From NCBI GenBank assembly GCA_963724765.1, contig CAVRVY010000001.1, positions 640,001 through 704,000 on the forward strand: a stretch of DNA of 64,000 bases, written 5' to 3'. Under the pieces are notes generated by a model, which searched no databases, had not been told where the DNA came from, and worked only from the letters and a program-made list of their open reading frames with translations. The first letter of the stretch is position 1. Each line of letters opens with the position of its first letter. Below, piece by piece: positions 1 through 10,813 of the stretch. The position numbers and the translations under genes were made by a program. The DNA is from an uncultured delta proteobacterium. GTDB taxonomy: Bacteria > Desulfobacterota > Binatia > Binatales > Binataceae.

Positions 1-17
1 CGATACTGCTCCCGCCG

Positions 18-1415
18 ATGTTTGCCGCAATTGTCGCATTTATCGCGCTGAGCACTTCGCGCGCCACGGCGCAGAACGTCAAGACCTACACCCGGGCAAC
101 GCTCGATCAGTGGTCGAGCAAGTACGCCGATTCCAAACCCAACTTCAAGCCGGGCGACGTCCTCGGAAGCAAGGACCTCGAGCGGATTCGCCCGTTCGTA
201 CCACCCGGATGGTTCGAACAGCTCGACTTCCCGGAATTCAAGATGGAGATCATGGCGGCGCGCAGCCATATGCCGCGCAAGGACTACGAGGAATGCACCG
301 AGAAATATCAGGCTCAGGTCAGGCTCAACCCTGACGGCTCGCCGGCCAACTACGTTTGCGGGCAGCCGTTTCCCAACGCGTCTCTGAGCACCTCGGATCC
401 GCTTTCGGGGATCAAAGCGGCTTGGAATTTCGACTATCGATGGCAGAACTACGGCCAATTCTCGCTCAATTACCTCATCGTCATCGCCCGCTTCGGCGGC
501 AATCACAACGGCGAGGCGCCCAAGGCGATCGCGTCGCCGCCGTCGAATTGGGTCGGCGGAGTCGAATACCACAGCAAGCTGCCCGGCGACGCGAGCAGTT
601 TCTTCGGCGGCGGCGGCACCTTTGCCCGCATCCTGAGCGAATTCTATCGGCGGGTTTATTTCAGTCATCTCGCCCAGCGCGCGGACAACCACGGACTGCT
701 GGGCACGCCCGACTCAGCTCAATTCCTGTGGAAAGACTTCATCGGCTTCTTCTCACCCTATGACGTGCGCGGGCAGGTATTGATCACTTACCGCTACGCC
801 GATCCTCATCGCGCCGACGACGCCTGGGCTTACGACCCACAGTCGCGCCGCGTCCGGCGCATCTCGGTCGAGGTCAAATCCGACTCGGTGGCCGGCACCG
901 ACACCACCCAGGAGGACTTTTTCACTTTCTCGGGCCGTGCGCTTCACTGGCACTGGAAGTTCCTCGGCTGGAAGGATCTGCTGGCGGTGATGGACGCGCG
1001 CGACGACTATGCTCACCTGTTTGGCCCCAACGGCGAGATTCCCAACGACCGCTGGTCGGTGCGGCGCTTCGCGGTGGTCGAACGTACTCCGACCGAGGCG
1101 CATCATCCTTACAGTAGCGTCGTGATGTGCTGGGACGCCGAGAACTGGTTCCCGTGGATGTCGCTGACGTTCAACCGCGAGGGCAAGCTGTGGAAGCTGT
1201 GGGAACGCCAGACGCGCTGGAGCGAGGACTTTAAGACCTTCGCCGAGATTAATCAGGGGGTGGAGACGGGAATGGCGGTCGGAGAGAGTATCGTCGACGT
1301 GCAAAACGATCGTACCACGATACTCGCTATTTTTGGCAGCGGCTACCCCAACGCAGTGCCCGCCAGCGTCACGCAGCTCTACGACATCAGCAAATTGGAG
1401 GAGATGCATCGCTGA
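18..1415 (+). CDS. DUF1329-family exported protein (outer-membrane lipoprotein-sorting-like)
   Basis: 465-aa ORF with signal peptide; motifs G.PFP, AWNF, DDAWAYDPQSRRVRRIS, HPYS typical of DUF1329; true start may lie upstream of the window. Confidence 0.8.
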   Translation: MFAAIVAFIALSTSRATAQNVKTYTRATLDQWSSKYADSKPNFKPGDVLGSKDLERIRPFVPPGWFEQLDFPEFKMEIMAARSHMPRKDYEECTEKYQAQVRLNPDGSPANYVCGQPFPNASLSTSDPLSGIKAAWNFDYRWQNYGQFSLNYLIVIARFGGNHNGEAPKAIASPPSNWVGGVEYHSKLPGDASSFFGGGGTFARILSEFYRRVYFSHLAQRADNHGLLGTPDSAQFLWKDFIGFFSPYDVRGQVLITYRYADPHRADDAWAYDPQSRRVRRISVEVKSDSVAGTDTTQEDFFTFSGRALHWHWKFLGWKDLLAVMDARDDYAHLFGPNGEIPNDRWSVRRFAVVERTPTEAHHPYSSVVMCWDAENWFPWMSLTFNREGKLWKLWERQTRWSEDFKTFAEINQGVETGMAVGESIVDVQNDRTTILAIFGSGYPNAVPASVTQLYDISKLEEMHR

Positions 1416-1697
1416 TGCCGCACGCTCTGGCACGCTCCGGATATGAAGCGCTCGAGCGTTAACTCTCCGCCCCCAGCATATCCGGTCTCAGGTCGATGTG
1501 TGGACGGAATTGTGGAATTTCATTGGGTGAGGTCGTGCAACTCTAATCCCTCGGCCATTTCGCCGTTAAAGTATCGGTCAGCCGATCAGTTAGGAAAGGA
1601 TTGATTTACCCCTCCCAAGGCTTAATTGCTCCACCCCTTCCACCTCAACCGTGGCAACTCCATCAGATGACAAGCGGTGCTCTAAAGGAGACGCAAC

Positions 1698-2753
1698 ATG
1701 AGCATGCGGTTTTCTATCCTCACCTTGGGAGATAATTATGAACATCTGCGTTCGCACGACCAGTTCTACCACGAAGTGGTCGAAGAGGCTCAATATGCTG
1801 AAGACTTAGGCTACGACGGATTCTGGGTCGGCGAACATCATTTTCAGGCCAGCCAAAGAGTTTTCCCTTCGCCGCAGATGATTCTCGCGGCTATCTCTCA
1901 GCGTACGAAGCGGCTTCGTCTGGGCACCGGGGTAAGCGTGCTGCCGGTCAACGATCCCATCCGGCTAGCTGAAGATATAGCCGAGCTTGACCTGCTCAGT
2001 GATGGACGGGTGTGTTTCGGCGCAGGCCGAGGATACCAGCCCCACGAGTTTGCAGGTTTTAATATCGCTATGGAATCGTCCAAAGAACGCTTTTGGGAAT
2101 GCCTGGAGATCATCCGCTTGGCTTGGGCTCAGGAACAGTTCTCATACGCGGGCAAGTTCTACCACTACGAGGACATCGCTTTGCTACCGCGACCGCTGCA
2201 AAAGCCCACTCCGCCTATTTGGGTGGCGGCCGCGTCTCCTGGTTCTGCACAAGAGATCGCGAAAAGAGGATACTCCTTTAGCTGCGCACCGTTTGCCTCT
2301 AGCCCATCCCCCGAAAAGGTAGCTGAGCAACTCTCTCGTTATCGGCAAACCTTTATCGAGAATGGCCACGGCGAGCCGATCGACGATCTGCCCCATGTAT
2401 TTTGGACTTACGTGGCTGATACCACCGAGCAAGCGCTTAAAGAGGCTGAAGTGGGCATGAAACGCAAACTTGGCAGCGTGACGAAAGTCTGGGTCAAGCC
2501 GGGAGTGACCGGATACGAAACGTTTGCTAAGATCGGTCAGTTCTTGGCCTCGGCAACCATCGATCAGCTCGACGCATTGTCAATCTTTGGAGATCCTGCA
2601 CGATGCGTCGAGAAGATAAAGAAGTATCACGCCGCGGGGCTGACTCATCTGCTTTTGATGTTTGACTGGGGTGCGATGCCACAGAAGACGATCTTCCATT
2701 CGATGCAGTTGTTCGCGAAGTATGTGATGCCGCGCTTTCAAGAGGTCGGCTAG
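1698..2753 (+). CDS. LLM-class (luciferase-like) flavin-dependent oxidoreductase
   Basis: WVGEHHF, RLGTGV, P.RLAED.A.LD.LS.GR, PRPLQKPTPPIWVA; RBS AAGGAG upstream. Confidence 0.92.
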   Translation: MSMRFSILTLGDNYEHLRSHDQFYHEVVEEAQYAEDLGYDGFWVGEHHFQASQRVFPSPQMILAAISQRTKRLRLGTGVSVLPVNDPIRLAEDIAELDLLSDGRVCFGAGRGYQPHEFAGFNIAMESSKERFWECLEIIRLAWAQEQFSYAGKFYHYEDIALLPRPLQKPTPPIWVAAASPGSAQEIAKRGYSFSCAPFASSPSPEKVAEQLSRYRQTFIENGHGEPIDDLPHVFWTYVADTTEQALKEAEVGMKRKLGSVTKVWVKPGVTGYETFAKIGQFLASATIDQLDALSIFGDPARCVEKIKKYHAAGLTHLLLMFDWGAMPQKTIFHSMQLFAKYVMPRFQEVG

Positions 2754-2806
2754 CGCGAGCCTCGCCTAGCATCAACCCTTGATGAGCCGCTTTTTACAAA
2801 ATCGTT

Positions 2807-2829
2807 GGCGGTTTCAACCGGAAACCGCC
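2807..2829 (+). terminator. 9-bp GC-rich hairpin downstream of the LLM gene (possible terminator)
   Basis: GGCGGTTTC-aaccg-GAAACCGCC; no clear U-tract. Confidence 0.4.
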
Positions 2830-3201
2830 GTGAGCGTCCACCGAGGCAATGTCCGGTGCGCTGTTGGAATTGGGTAGCGGCGACATAGACAGTTAAACCG
2901 GAAGAACATTATTTTCGGGGTGTTTGAGTGCCGACGCGAGGCAGAACTGGTCCGTTGTGGCGTAATGGAAAGGCCTCCGGGCTCAAACCCGCGCTCGAAG
3001 TTCGCGTTTGCAAACCCCTGTGGATCAGAATTTAAAATGGAAATGGGTAATTGAACGAATCTGGGCCGAACGTCCAAAATTCGGAAACCACCTAATCCCC
3101 CAATCTCGCCTTTTCGCAAAACACAACAGAGGGGATGGAAGGAAAATTCGGAATTTGACGCACCTTGACCCGGCTGGTAGTTACGCGCAGGAGGTGACGG
3201 T

Positions 3202-3733
3202 ATGCCTTCGTTCGTTCCGATAAACAGACTGATCACTTCGCCTATCGATGCCGCGACGCGGAGGAGACCCGGCACTTCTACGAGGACATCCTGGGCCTGC
3301 CGCCGGTCCACGTCATCCGCCAGGATCGGGTGCCGAGCACTCAGCAATATTGCCCGCACGCGCATATCTTTTTTCGCATGACCGACGGCTCCTGCGTCGC
3401 GTTCTTCGATCTGGGCGACAACCAGATTCCGCGGCCTCGCCCAATACGCCCGAGTGGGTAAATCGTCTCGCGCTGCGTGTAGGTTGGCTCGCCGAACTGG
3501 AAGCCGCTCGCACGCGGCTTTGCGCCGCTGGTATCGACGTGCTGGGGCCGACCGACCATCACTTCATCAAGTCGATCTATTTTTTCGATCCCAACGGTAT
3601 CCGGCTGGAGTTGACCACGCCGGTTATCCCGGCCACCGACCCGACGTTCGACAAATATGAGCGCAGCGCCCACGAGACACTCGCCGCATGGGAATGCGAA
3701 AAACTACAGCGCCAAGTCGCCGAGGCCCGCTAG
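3202..3733 (+). pseudogene. VOC/glyoxalase family protein, frameshifted
   Basis: GGAGG RBS + ATG at 3202; HFAYRCRDAEETRHFYEDILGL in one frame and GPTDHHFIKSIYFFDPNGIRLELT in another. Confidence 0.8.
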
Positions 3734-4166
3734 CGCGCCTCGACCGTCTCGCGCGTGCGCTTCCATCGCAGGCCGAAGCTCGCCCGGATCGCTTCGGTCT
3801 CCTCGCGAAGCCATCCGGCGCCGACGCCCATCAGCAGCCGCCCGCCGGGAAAAAGGTCAAGGCTCGCCGCTACCTTCGCCGTGATCAGCGTTTCGCGCTC
3901 CGGTACAGGCAAACTCTCGTGCCGAGCTTAATCTTTCTGGTCACGGCCGCGGCGATGGTGAGGGCGATAAACGGATCGGCCCATCGTGCATAATGGTCGG
4001 GGAGTTTGTGGTCGGGCGTGAAGGGAAAAGGAGTCTTCATGCCGATCGGGATCACCGGATGCTCGGCAATCAATAACGACTCGTAGCCCACGGTCTCGAC
4101 GTTGCGCGCGATCTCGGCGAGATCGCCGCATTCCGGCGTCGCCGCCATCAGGAAGCCCATATCCAT
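3730..4166 (-). pseudogene. LLM-class F420-dependent oxidoreductase, frameshifted and 3'-truncated
   Basis: GYESLLIAEHPVIP...DPFIALTIAAAVTRKIKLGT then shifted frame AKVAASLDLFPGGRLLMGVGAGWLREE; stops at the convergent VOC gene. Confidence 0.82.
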
Positions 4167-4486
4167 TAAGAGATTTTCCTACAGATCGGAACAGGGAATC
4201 CTCTGGGCTATAATAGGCAATTGCCATTCCACGATCCGGCTTCGAACAGGGACCGATGACAGGGGCAGATCCGGCGACCTAGAATCAGATCGTCCGCACG
4301 ACGTGAGGCTTGCTAAGCTCGACTGCCACTCTTCACCTTAGCTATATCCAATTTAGTCATTCATCGTCAGTGGCTAATAATAACTGGCGCGAGCATTCTG
4401 TTTCAGCTATCGTGGTGTGTCGAGCAGAATCACCTATCACTCCTGAGACGAATCCTCAAAAGCAAATGCTGAATATCAAAGCTAGA

Positions 4487-5005
4487 ATGCAATTCCGCAG
4501 AGAGCAGTTCTTTTATCACGAACTTCTCGTTGTTTTTCTTGCGATGGGATGGTTGGCTGCCGGAGGTTGCTCTACAGGCCAGTCACCACAAGCAAAGATC
4601 ACCTGGATCGATTCAGTTGATCTCGCTCCAAAGCCCGCTGATTGTTCGATGCCGATCCTAAGTTCCGAAGCTTTTTCAAAGACGTATCGAAGGGTTGCAA
4701 TTGTGGAAGCGTGGGGGAAAACCGATCAGAAACCCGAAGTGCTTGACGCCGTTCGTCAAGGAGCTTGTAAAATCGGCGCCGATGCGCTTCTAAAAACTTC
4801 CTCTCAGTCTCAGCTTGATGTCCGGTTCGAGAAAATGGGGTTGCCGTCGAATTCAGAGCAGGAAAACGGGGTGGCTTCGAGCCAGGTTAGCAGCTACAAA
4901 ACGAGGCTCATGCCACGAATCGGAGAACTTGGGCACCCCGGTTACTATGTCGACACCTTCGCTATCGTGTACCAGAAGGACGCGCATATTCCTCCGTCTC
5001 CTTGA
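4487..5005 (+). CDS. hypothetical lipoprotein
   Basis: hydrophobic stretch followed by lipobox-like LAAGGC; ACKIGADAL motif; start uncertain. Confidence 0.55.
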   Translation: MQFRREQFFYHELLVVFLAMGWLAAGGCSTGQSPQAKITWIDSVDLAPKPADCSMPILSSEAFSKTYRRVAIVEAWGKTDQKPEVLDAVRQGACKIGADALLKTSSQSQLDVRFEKMGLPSNSEQENGVASSQVSSYKTRLMPRIGELGHPGYYVDTFAIVYQKDAHIPPSP

Positions 5006-5007
5006 GC

Positions 5008-5224
5008 TCACCTGATCGGGTCGATCCCGAATCGCCGCGCTGCCTCGCGCCGGCTCAGCCCCTCCACATATACCGCCCGTCGCACCTGCCCATACAGTTC
5101 CACGCCTTTCATCCCTCCGCCTTCAACCCTCCACGGTTGAAGGCTATCTCGTGCCGGACTTTTACTCCGGCGCGACCGGACTACCCGGCTGCTTCACTGA
5201 GGGATTTTCTCTCCGGCGCTTACA
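5008..5224 (-). mobile_element. IS21-family left-end remnant with IstA N-terminus
   Basis: Minus strand starts TGTAAGCGCCGGAGAGAAAAT with internal repeat GCGCCGGAGTAAAAGT; ATG at 5112 gives MKGVELYGQVRRAVYVEGLSRREAARRFGIDP (IstA HTH), then truncates. Confidence 0.8.
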
Positions 5225-5409
5225 CCTCCACGTAGATGGGTTGGCGAGCATCTCATACAGAGCGCCTCGCCCGAAGCGGTACCCGAGGGGCAGAGGGGGA
5301 ACGGGTGCCATCGACGGCGCGGGCGGTGCCGGGCTTTTTAAACGCGGCCGCAGCGGCGCTATACTCGACCAGCGGCGGGATCACGCAAAGATCACGGGAG
5401 GGTCGAGTC

Positions 5410-6540
5410 ATGCGCAACTGGATACGCTTTCCTCGGGTCGAGGGCACTTCGTCGCGCCAAGCTCATTGCGATCTGCCCGAGGGCACTTTCGAACGCGAAC
5501 TGGGGCGCGAGGGTTTCTTCGGACCGTCCACCCAGATGTACCATCGTCATCAGCCTACCGGATGGACCGGGTGGGAGGGGCCATTGCGCCCGCGCGCGTT
5601 TAACCTCAACCGCCTCGAGGCCTCCAGCGCCTCGCCCTGGGAAGCTCATCGCGTGATGGGCAACGCGAGGATGCAGTTGCGTTGGTGGCGATGCGACGCG
5701 ACCATGACGGATCTCGTGCGCAACGCCGATGGGGACGAGCTCATCTTCATCCACGAAGGCGCGGGCGACCTTTTTTGCGATTACGGGCACCTGGCGCTGC
5801 GCGACGGTGACTACCTGGTGCTACCGCGCGGCACCGCATGGCGAATCGAAACCGCTGCGCCGCTGACCGCGCTGCTGCTCGAGGCGACCGGCGACTCCTA
5901 TCAGCTTCCCGATAAAGGCATCCTCGGCAACCAGGCGATCTTCGATCCCGCCGTGCTCGACACCCCGCGCATCGACCAGGCCTTCCTGACCCAGCAGGAC
6001 GAGGGGCCGTGGAAGATCGTGGTCAAGCGGGGCGACCGGCTGAGCACAGTGAGCTACCCGTTCAACCCGCTCGACGCCGTCGGATGGCATGGCGACCTGG
6101 CGCCGGTGCGGCTTAACTGGCGCGACCTGCGCCCGATCGTCAGCGCTCGATATCACGTGCCGCCCTCGGCCCATGTGAACTTCGTCGCCGAGCGCTTCGC
6201 GGTGGGCACCTTCGCGCCGCGTCCGATCGAGTCCGACCCCGGCGCGCTCAAGGTGCCGTTCTTTCACAACGACGACGACGTCGACGAAATCATCTTTCTG
6301 CACCGCGGACAGTTCTTCAGCCGTGACAACTTCGGCCCCGGGATGCTGAGTCTTCATCCGTGCGGCTTCCCGCATGGCCCGCAGCCCAAGGCGTTTGCGA
6401 TCGGCGCGCGGCGCGCGCGCACCGAGACCGACGAGGTCGCGGTCTATATCGACACCTTCGACGCGGTCGAGATGGCTGAGCTTCCCGCCGGGGTCGAGGA
6501 TCCAAGCTACGTCGATGCCTGGAAGGCGCCCGCACCGTAG
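5410..6540 (+). CDS. hmgA: homogentisate 1,2-dioxygenase
   Basis: ERELGREGFFGP, RNADGDEL.F.H.G, PLDAVGWHGDL, HVPPSAH, PFFH.DD.DEI, LHPCGFPHGP. Confidence 0.9.
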   Translation: MRNWIRFPRVEGTSSRQAHCDLPEGTFERELGREGFFGPSTQMYHRHQPTGWTGWEGPLRPRAFNLNRLEASSASPWEAHRVMGNARMQLRWWRCDATMTDLVRNADGDELIFIHEGAGDLFCDYGHLALRDGDYLVLPRGTAWRIETAAPLTALLLEATGDSYQLPDKGILGNQAIFDPAVLDTPRIDQAFLTQQDEGPWKIVVKRGDRLSTVSYPFNPLDAVGWHGDLAPVRLNWRDLRPIVSARYHVPPSAHVNFVAERFAVGTFAPRPIESDPGALKVPFFHNDDDVDEIIFLHRGQFFSRDNFGPGMLSLHPCGFPHGPQPKAFAIGARRARTETDEVAVYIDTFDAVEMAELPAGVEDPSYVDAWKAPAP

Positions 6541-6789
6541 GCGCGGTGCAGAGAAGCTCGCGATCTCGGGGCTCGAGCCCGTCACATACAGGAAAACCAT
6601 GAAGCGGATATCATCGATCCTCGGCATCGCACCGAGCGCAGATCGCGCTCAATTTGAAGGGCCTCAAGTACGACCATTAGGTTTCGTTCAGAGGTATGCG
6701 TGTGGTGATCGCGACCACGACGAAGTCGCATAGTATTACGCTTTCGCTTATTTCAGCTATACCGCATGGTTACCCGTAGAAAGACCTAA

Positions 6790-7118
6790 CAGGGTGCGGA
6801 AAAACGCCGAGTAGTCATGAGTTGCTCTGTTTCCACGACTCGATATCTTCTGGGTCGAGAGGCGCGTGAGGGCCGAGTGCGTCCGCGGCTCGCAGCTTCG
6901 CGACTCTGTTCAGGTAGTGACCACCGTCAGGGTGCGCATCCGCACCAGGTTGTAGGCTGCGGCGGCGAAGGTGAACATCCAACCGACCCGAGCAACTCCG
7001 CGATGACGAGTCTTGCGCAACAAAGCAACGGTCTTGAGCCAACCGAAGGCTTCTTCGACCCGCTTGCGCCGCCACTGGCTCAGCGCGTAGCCGGGGTGGC
7101 GGCTGGTACGCCGGTCGA
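6790..7118 (-). mobile_element. IS5-family element 3' remnant (transposase C-terminus plus terminal repeat)
   Basis: RHPGYALSQWRRKRVEEAFGWLKT...AAAYNLVRMR (stop at 6910); end CAGGGTGCGGAAAAAC at 6790 next to CTAA. Confidence 0.8.
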
Positions 7119-8603
7119 GAGTGTGTCGGAAATTTTGTGTTCGTGAGCCATACAATGATGCCCGGATAGGGCGGGAGGAAAAGGTATGGCGGCGAACAGG
7201 GAGAGTAGAATCACGGATGAAGTGGTGGATCAGCTGCTGGTGGGACGCGACCCGGCGACGGTATTCGAGAGCGGCGGTTTGGTCGATGAGCTGAAGAAGC
7301 GTCTGGCGGAGCGGATACTTAATGGGGAGATGGATCACCATCTGGGCGCGGAGGCGGAGGAAGAAGCCGGCAATCACCGCAATGGCTACAGCAGCAAGAC
7401 CGTTCTAACCGATACCGGCAAGCTTGAGCTTTCGATTCCGCGTGATCCGTCACGGGCGCTTCGACCCAGTGCTGATCGGCAAGTACCGGCGGCGGTTCGC
7501 CGGCTTCGATGACAAGATCATCGCGCTGTACGCGCGCGGGATGACCACCCGCGAGATCGCCGAGCATGTCGGCGAGCCTCTACGGGGCCGAGATCTCGCC
7601 GGACTTGGTGAGCGCGGTGACCGACGCGGTGCTCGAGGAAGTGGCGGCGTGGCAGAGCCGCGGCCTGGACTCGACCTACGTGATCATATTCTTCGACGCG
7701 ATCCGGGTGAAAATCCGCAACGAAGGTCTGGTTAGCAACCGGGCGGTATACCTTGCGATCGGCGTTCGTTGTTCGGGGCACAAGGAAATCCTCGGACTTT
7801 GGATCGAACAGACCGAGGGTGCGAAGTTCTGGTTACGGGTAATGACCGAGCTGCGCAACCGCGGCGTCCAGGACATCCTGATCGCGGTGGTCGACGGGCT
7901 CAATGGCCTTCCTGAGGCGATCACGTCGGTGTTTTCCAAGACCTTAGTCCAGACCTGCATCGTGCATCTGATCAGGTATTCGATGCACTTCGCTTCGTGG
8001 AAGGAACACCGGCTGATTGGTGCGGCGCTAAAGCCGATCTACCAGGCCGAATCGGCCGCGCGGGCGCGCGAGCGGCTGGAAGATTTCGACCACGGCCCCT
8101 GGGGACAGAAATATCCGGCGATCGCACAGAGCTGGCGACGCAACTGGGAGCAGGTGATCCCATTCTTCGCCTTCGCCCCCGAACTTAGAAAAATCCTTTA
8201 CACCACCAATGCGATCGAGAGCCTCAATGCGCAAGTGCGCAAGGCAGTACGGGTCCGCGGACATTTTCCCAGCGAGGAGGCCGCCGCCAAACTCATCTGG
8301 CTGGTGCTGCGCAACGTTCAGGCGCGCTGGAAAAATCCGCCTATTACATGGCAGGCTGCCAAGACCCAGATGGCGATCCAGTTCGAGGATAGATTCATTC
8401 TGGCGGAGTGAATTGAGTATCGTGATGCAATCGCTGATAGCCTCCGCGCCGGTCCGCCCTCAAGGGTTCGCGCGCTGCGCGCGCCGGCTGACGCCGCCCT
8501 TGACCGCGACTACCGCTCCGGCTCAGCAGGTAATTAGCAGTCGCCGTGGGCGACTGCTCCGCTTATCAACCACTGGCTCAAACACGAAATTCCTGACAGC
8601 TCC
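7119..8603 (+). mobile_element. IS256-family element with frameshifted transposase (7186-8411)
   Basis: NHRNGY, PRD, FFDAIRVKIR, VVDGLNG, QTCIVH, YTTNAIES; terminal IRs GAGTGTGTCGGAAATTTTGTGTT / AACACGAAATTCCTGACAGCTCC; two frameshifts near 7450 and 7575. Confidence 0.92.
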
Positions 8604-9173
8604 GGCGCCGGACCTGGTCGAGCGCAACTTCATGGCGCCAGGACCGAATCGGTTGTGGGTGGCTGACATCACCTATATCCCGACCTGGGCTGGTTTCCTG
8701 TATCTCGCGGTAGTGTTGGACGCCTTCAGCCGCCGGATCGTGGGCTGGGCGATGGCGACTCATCTGCGCACCGAGCTGGTGCTCGAAGCACTGAACATGG
8801 CGCTGGCGCAGCGGCGGCCCGCCGGGGTGATCCATCATTCCGACCAAGGCACACAGTACACGTCGATCGCCTTCGGGATACGTTGCCGGGAGGCCGGCGC
8901 GCGACCCTCGATGGGCTCGGTCGGTGATTGCTTCGACAATGCCATGTGCGAGAGCTTTTTCGCTACGCTCGAATGCGAGCTGCTCGACCGCCGCCGTTTC
9001 CACACCCAAGCCGAGGCGCGCATGGCGGTCTTCGAGTTCATCGAGGGCTGGTACAATCCCCATCGCCGCCACTCCGCCCTCGACTATCTGTCGCCAATCA
9101 ACTACGAAAGGAGCCACGACCCAGAGGAGTCAACCGCAAGCCCTCCGCCGTCCACTGAACCGGGGTAACTCCA
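8604..9173 (+). mobile_element. IS3-family 3' remnant (orfB DDE core plus right end)
   Basis: WVADITY, HHSDQGTQY, DNAMCESFF, YNPHRRHSAL; ends ...CCGGGGTAACTCCA. Confidence 0.9.
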
Positions 9174-9401
9174 GCCCTTCAACTGGCCGCTTCAGGTAAT
9201 TTGGACAGATTAGTTTTGCTAACGAACGACTCGGATTTCATCCCGCTCTGCGAAAAACTGAAAGCGTTTGGCTCGAACATCAGTTTGGTTCGATTGTCGT
9301 CTTTGAGACCAGTCAACGAAGACCTGGTTAAAGCTTGCGACACCTATCACGTCGTGCCTGAACACCACCTTAGCGATTTGTTTAAGGTTTCTAAATCGTA
9401 A
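9174..9401 (+). pseudogene. NYN-domain (LabA/DUF88) protein C-terminal fragment interrupted by IS3
   Basis: ALQLAASGNLDRLVLLTNDSDFIPL...LVKACD begins right at the IS end. Confidence 0.7.
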
Positions 9402-10017
9402 TTGGGGCCCTCAGCGAACGCAAAGCACATGGCCGGGTTCGCCGCCACTTTGACGCGCCAGGCATTGGGCGGAGCCTCGCGGCGCAGACATCTGCCGAAT
9501 GCGCGCGCTCGCGGTCTATTGAAGCCCGCTCGACGATTCTCAGCGCGTGCAATAGCCCGCAGAAATGACGGCCAGCTCTCGTCCAAATTCGCCAGCCAGC
9601 ACCTCTTCCATGGCGCCTTGTTGACGGCGTCGGCCTGAAAGGCATCGCATTCTTCGGGCTTGCGCGGGCATGATAGGAATGTCTCTTCGTCAGCTACGCC
9701 CCGACCAGAGACCGGTTTGCAAGCGCTGAAGTTCGCTCGCCAGAGCATGGATTTACCTTCACGCTGAGGTGCTAGGGCGCGTTCCCAGTGGCAGGTGCCC
9801 TGGGGGTATCGGCCCTGGCGGGAAGCCATTTTCTAAGTAGGACCCGTGGCGAGCAGCCCAAAAATGTGACCCTCCACCGGTGCTAATAGCGGTGCTGGTA
9901 CAGCAATCCAAAAGAGTGGAAAATACTGGAAAGCTGAGAACAGGGAGAACCAATAATTGCGGGCTCTGCGCTAGGAATCACTCACCTGTCGAAGGTTTTG
10001 ATTCCCTGGTGGACGGA

Positions 10018-10062
10018 TTCGTAATCAGCAGGTCGTCGGTTCGAATCCGACGGGTGGCTCCA
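10018..10062 (+). other. tRNA-Thr(CGT) 3' half: attachment-site scar, not a complete tRNA
   Basis: TTCGTAA-TCAGC-AGGTC-GTCGG-TTCGAAT-CCGAC-GGGTGGC-T-CCA; no matching 5' acceptor strand or D-arm upstream. Confidence 0.85.
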
Positions 10063-10813
10063 ATAAAATCAAGCACTTATGGGGTTTCGCCTAGACCGTC
10101 TCTTTTTCGTGTAGGCGATATACGACCAGAACCCCTCCCATTTCATCCCTTCCCGCTCCCAGGGCAGCAAGCGCCGGGGTCGTCTTCGAAGACATCCAAA
10201 CTGAGGTTGGTGCTGGATTACGAATCCTGAGGTGCGGCGTCCGCCAGCATCCACCGCGCCGTAAACCTTCGACAATTCGCTCTCTCGCTTTCCACCTTCG
10301 TCCGCCGCGTTGGCTGTCGTCCACCGGCTTGGCTGTCAAAATGGCTGTCAACTCTCCGGCCTAGCCGTCGGGGTCCCTGTGACGAAGGAGCACCGTTGGA
10401 AGACCGACGGGCGGTCTTCGGACGAGGCGCGCGACCCCCATGGACAGGCGGATGGTTGCTTGGCCCCACTTGCTTCTCTGGGCCAAGCGAAGTCGACCGG
10501 TACCGGGCCGAACTCTGTCGCGATACGCGGGGTGCGCCCGCGTGCTGAGAGTCAGGCGAATAGTGCCATCCGGAATCGAGGATCGGTCACGGGCAAGGGC
10601 CCCCGTGAGAAGTTGCTTGAACTTTTCACACGGGCGAGCGGCCATGGATAGGGGGACAGCGACGACTCCGCATACGAAACGGAGCGTGGCGAAGGGCTTC
10701 ACGGGATGGCCCTTGCCAGCGATGGTGGGCCCCGTATTTTTGGAGCTGTACCCTTGTTATGACAAAGCTCGCACAACTCTGGAGCGCAAGCGGACGAAGC
10801 GCTCGAGCAGGAG

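Noticed and set aside
1428-1445. TGGCAC as a sigma-54 promoter
   Set aside because: No GC at the -12 position.
5008-5230. Group II intron fragment
   Set aside because: The reverse strand translates as an IstA N-terminus behind IS21-type terminal repeats.
8209-9168. 319-aa ORF as a single gene
   Set aside because: Chance read-through from the IS256 end into an IS3 orfB remnant.
9402-9860. Short overlapping ORFs between the NYN fragment and the tRNA-Thr scar
   Set aside because: No recognisable motif or RBS; cannot support a gene call.
9990-10062. Complete tRNA-Thr gene
   Set aside because: The 5' acceptor strand and D-arm are absent; treated as an att scar.
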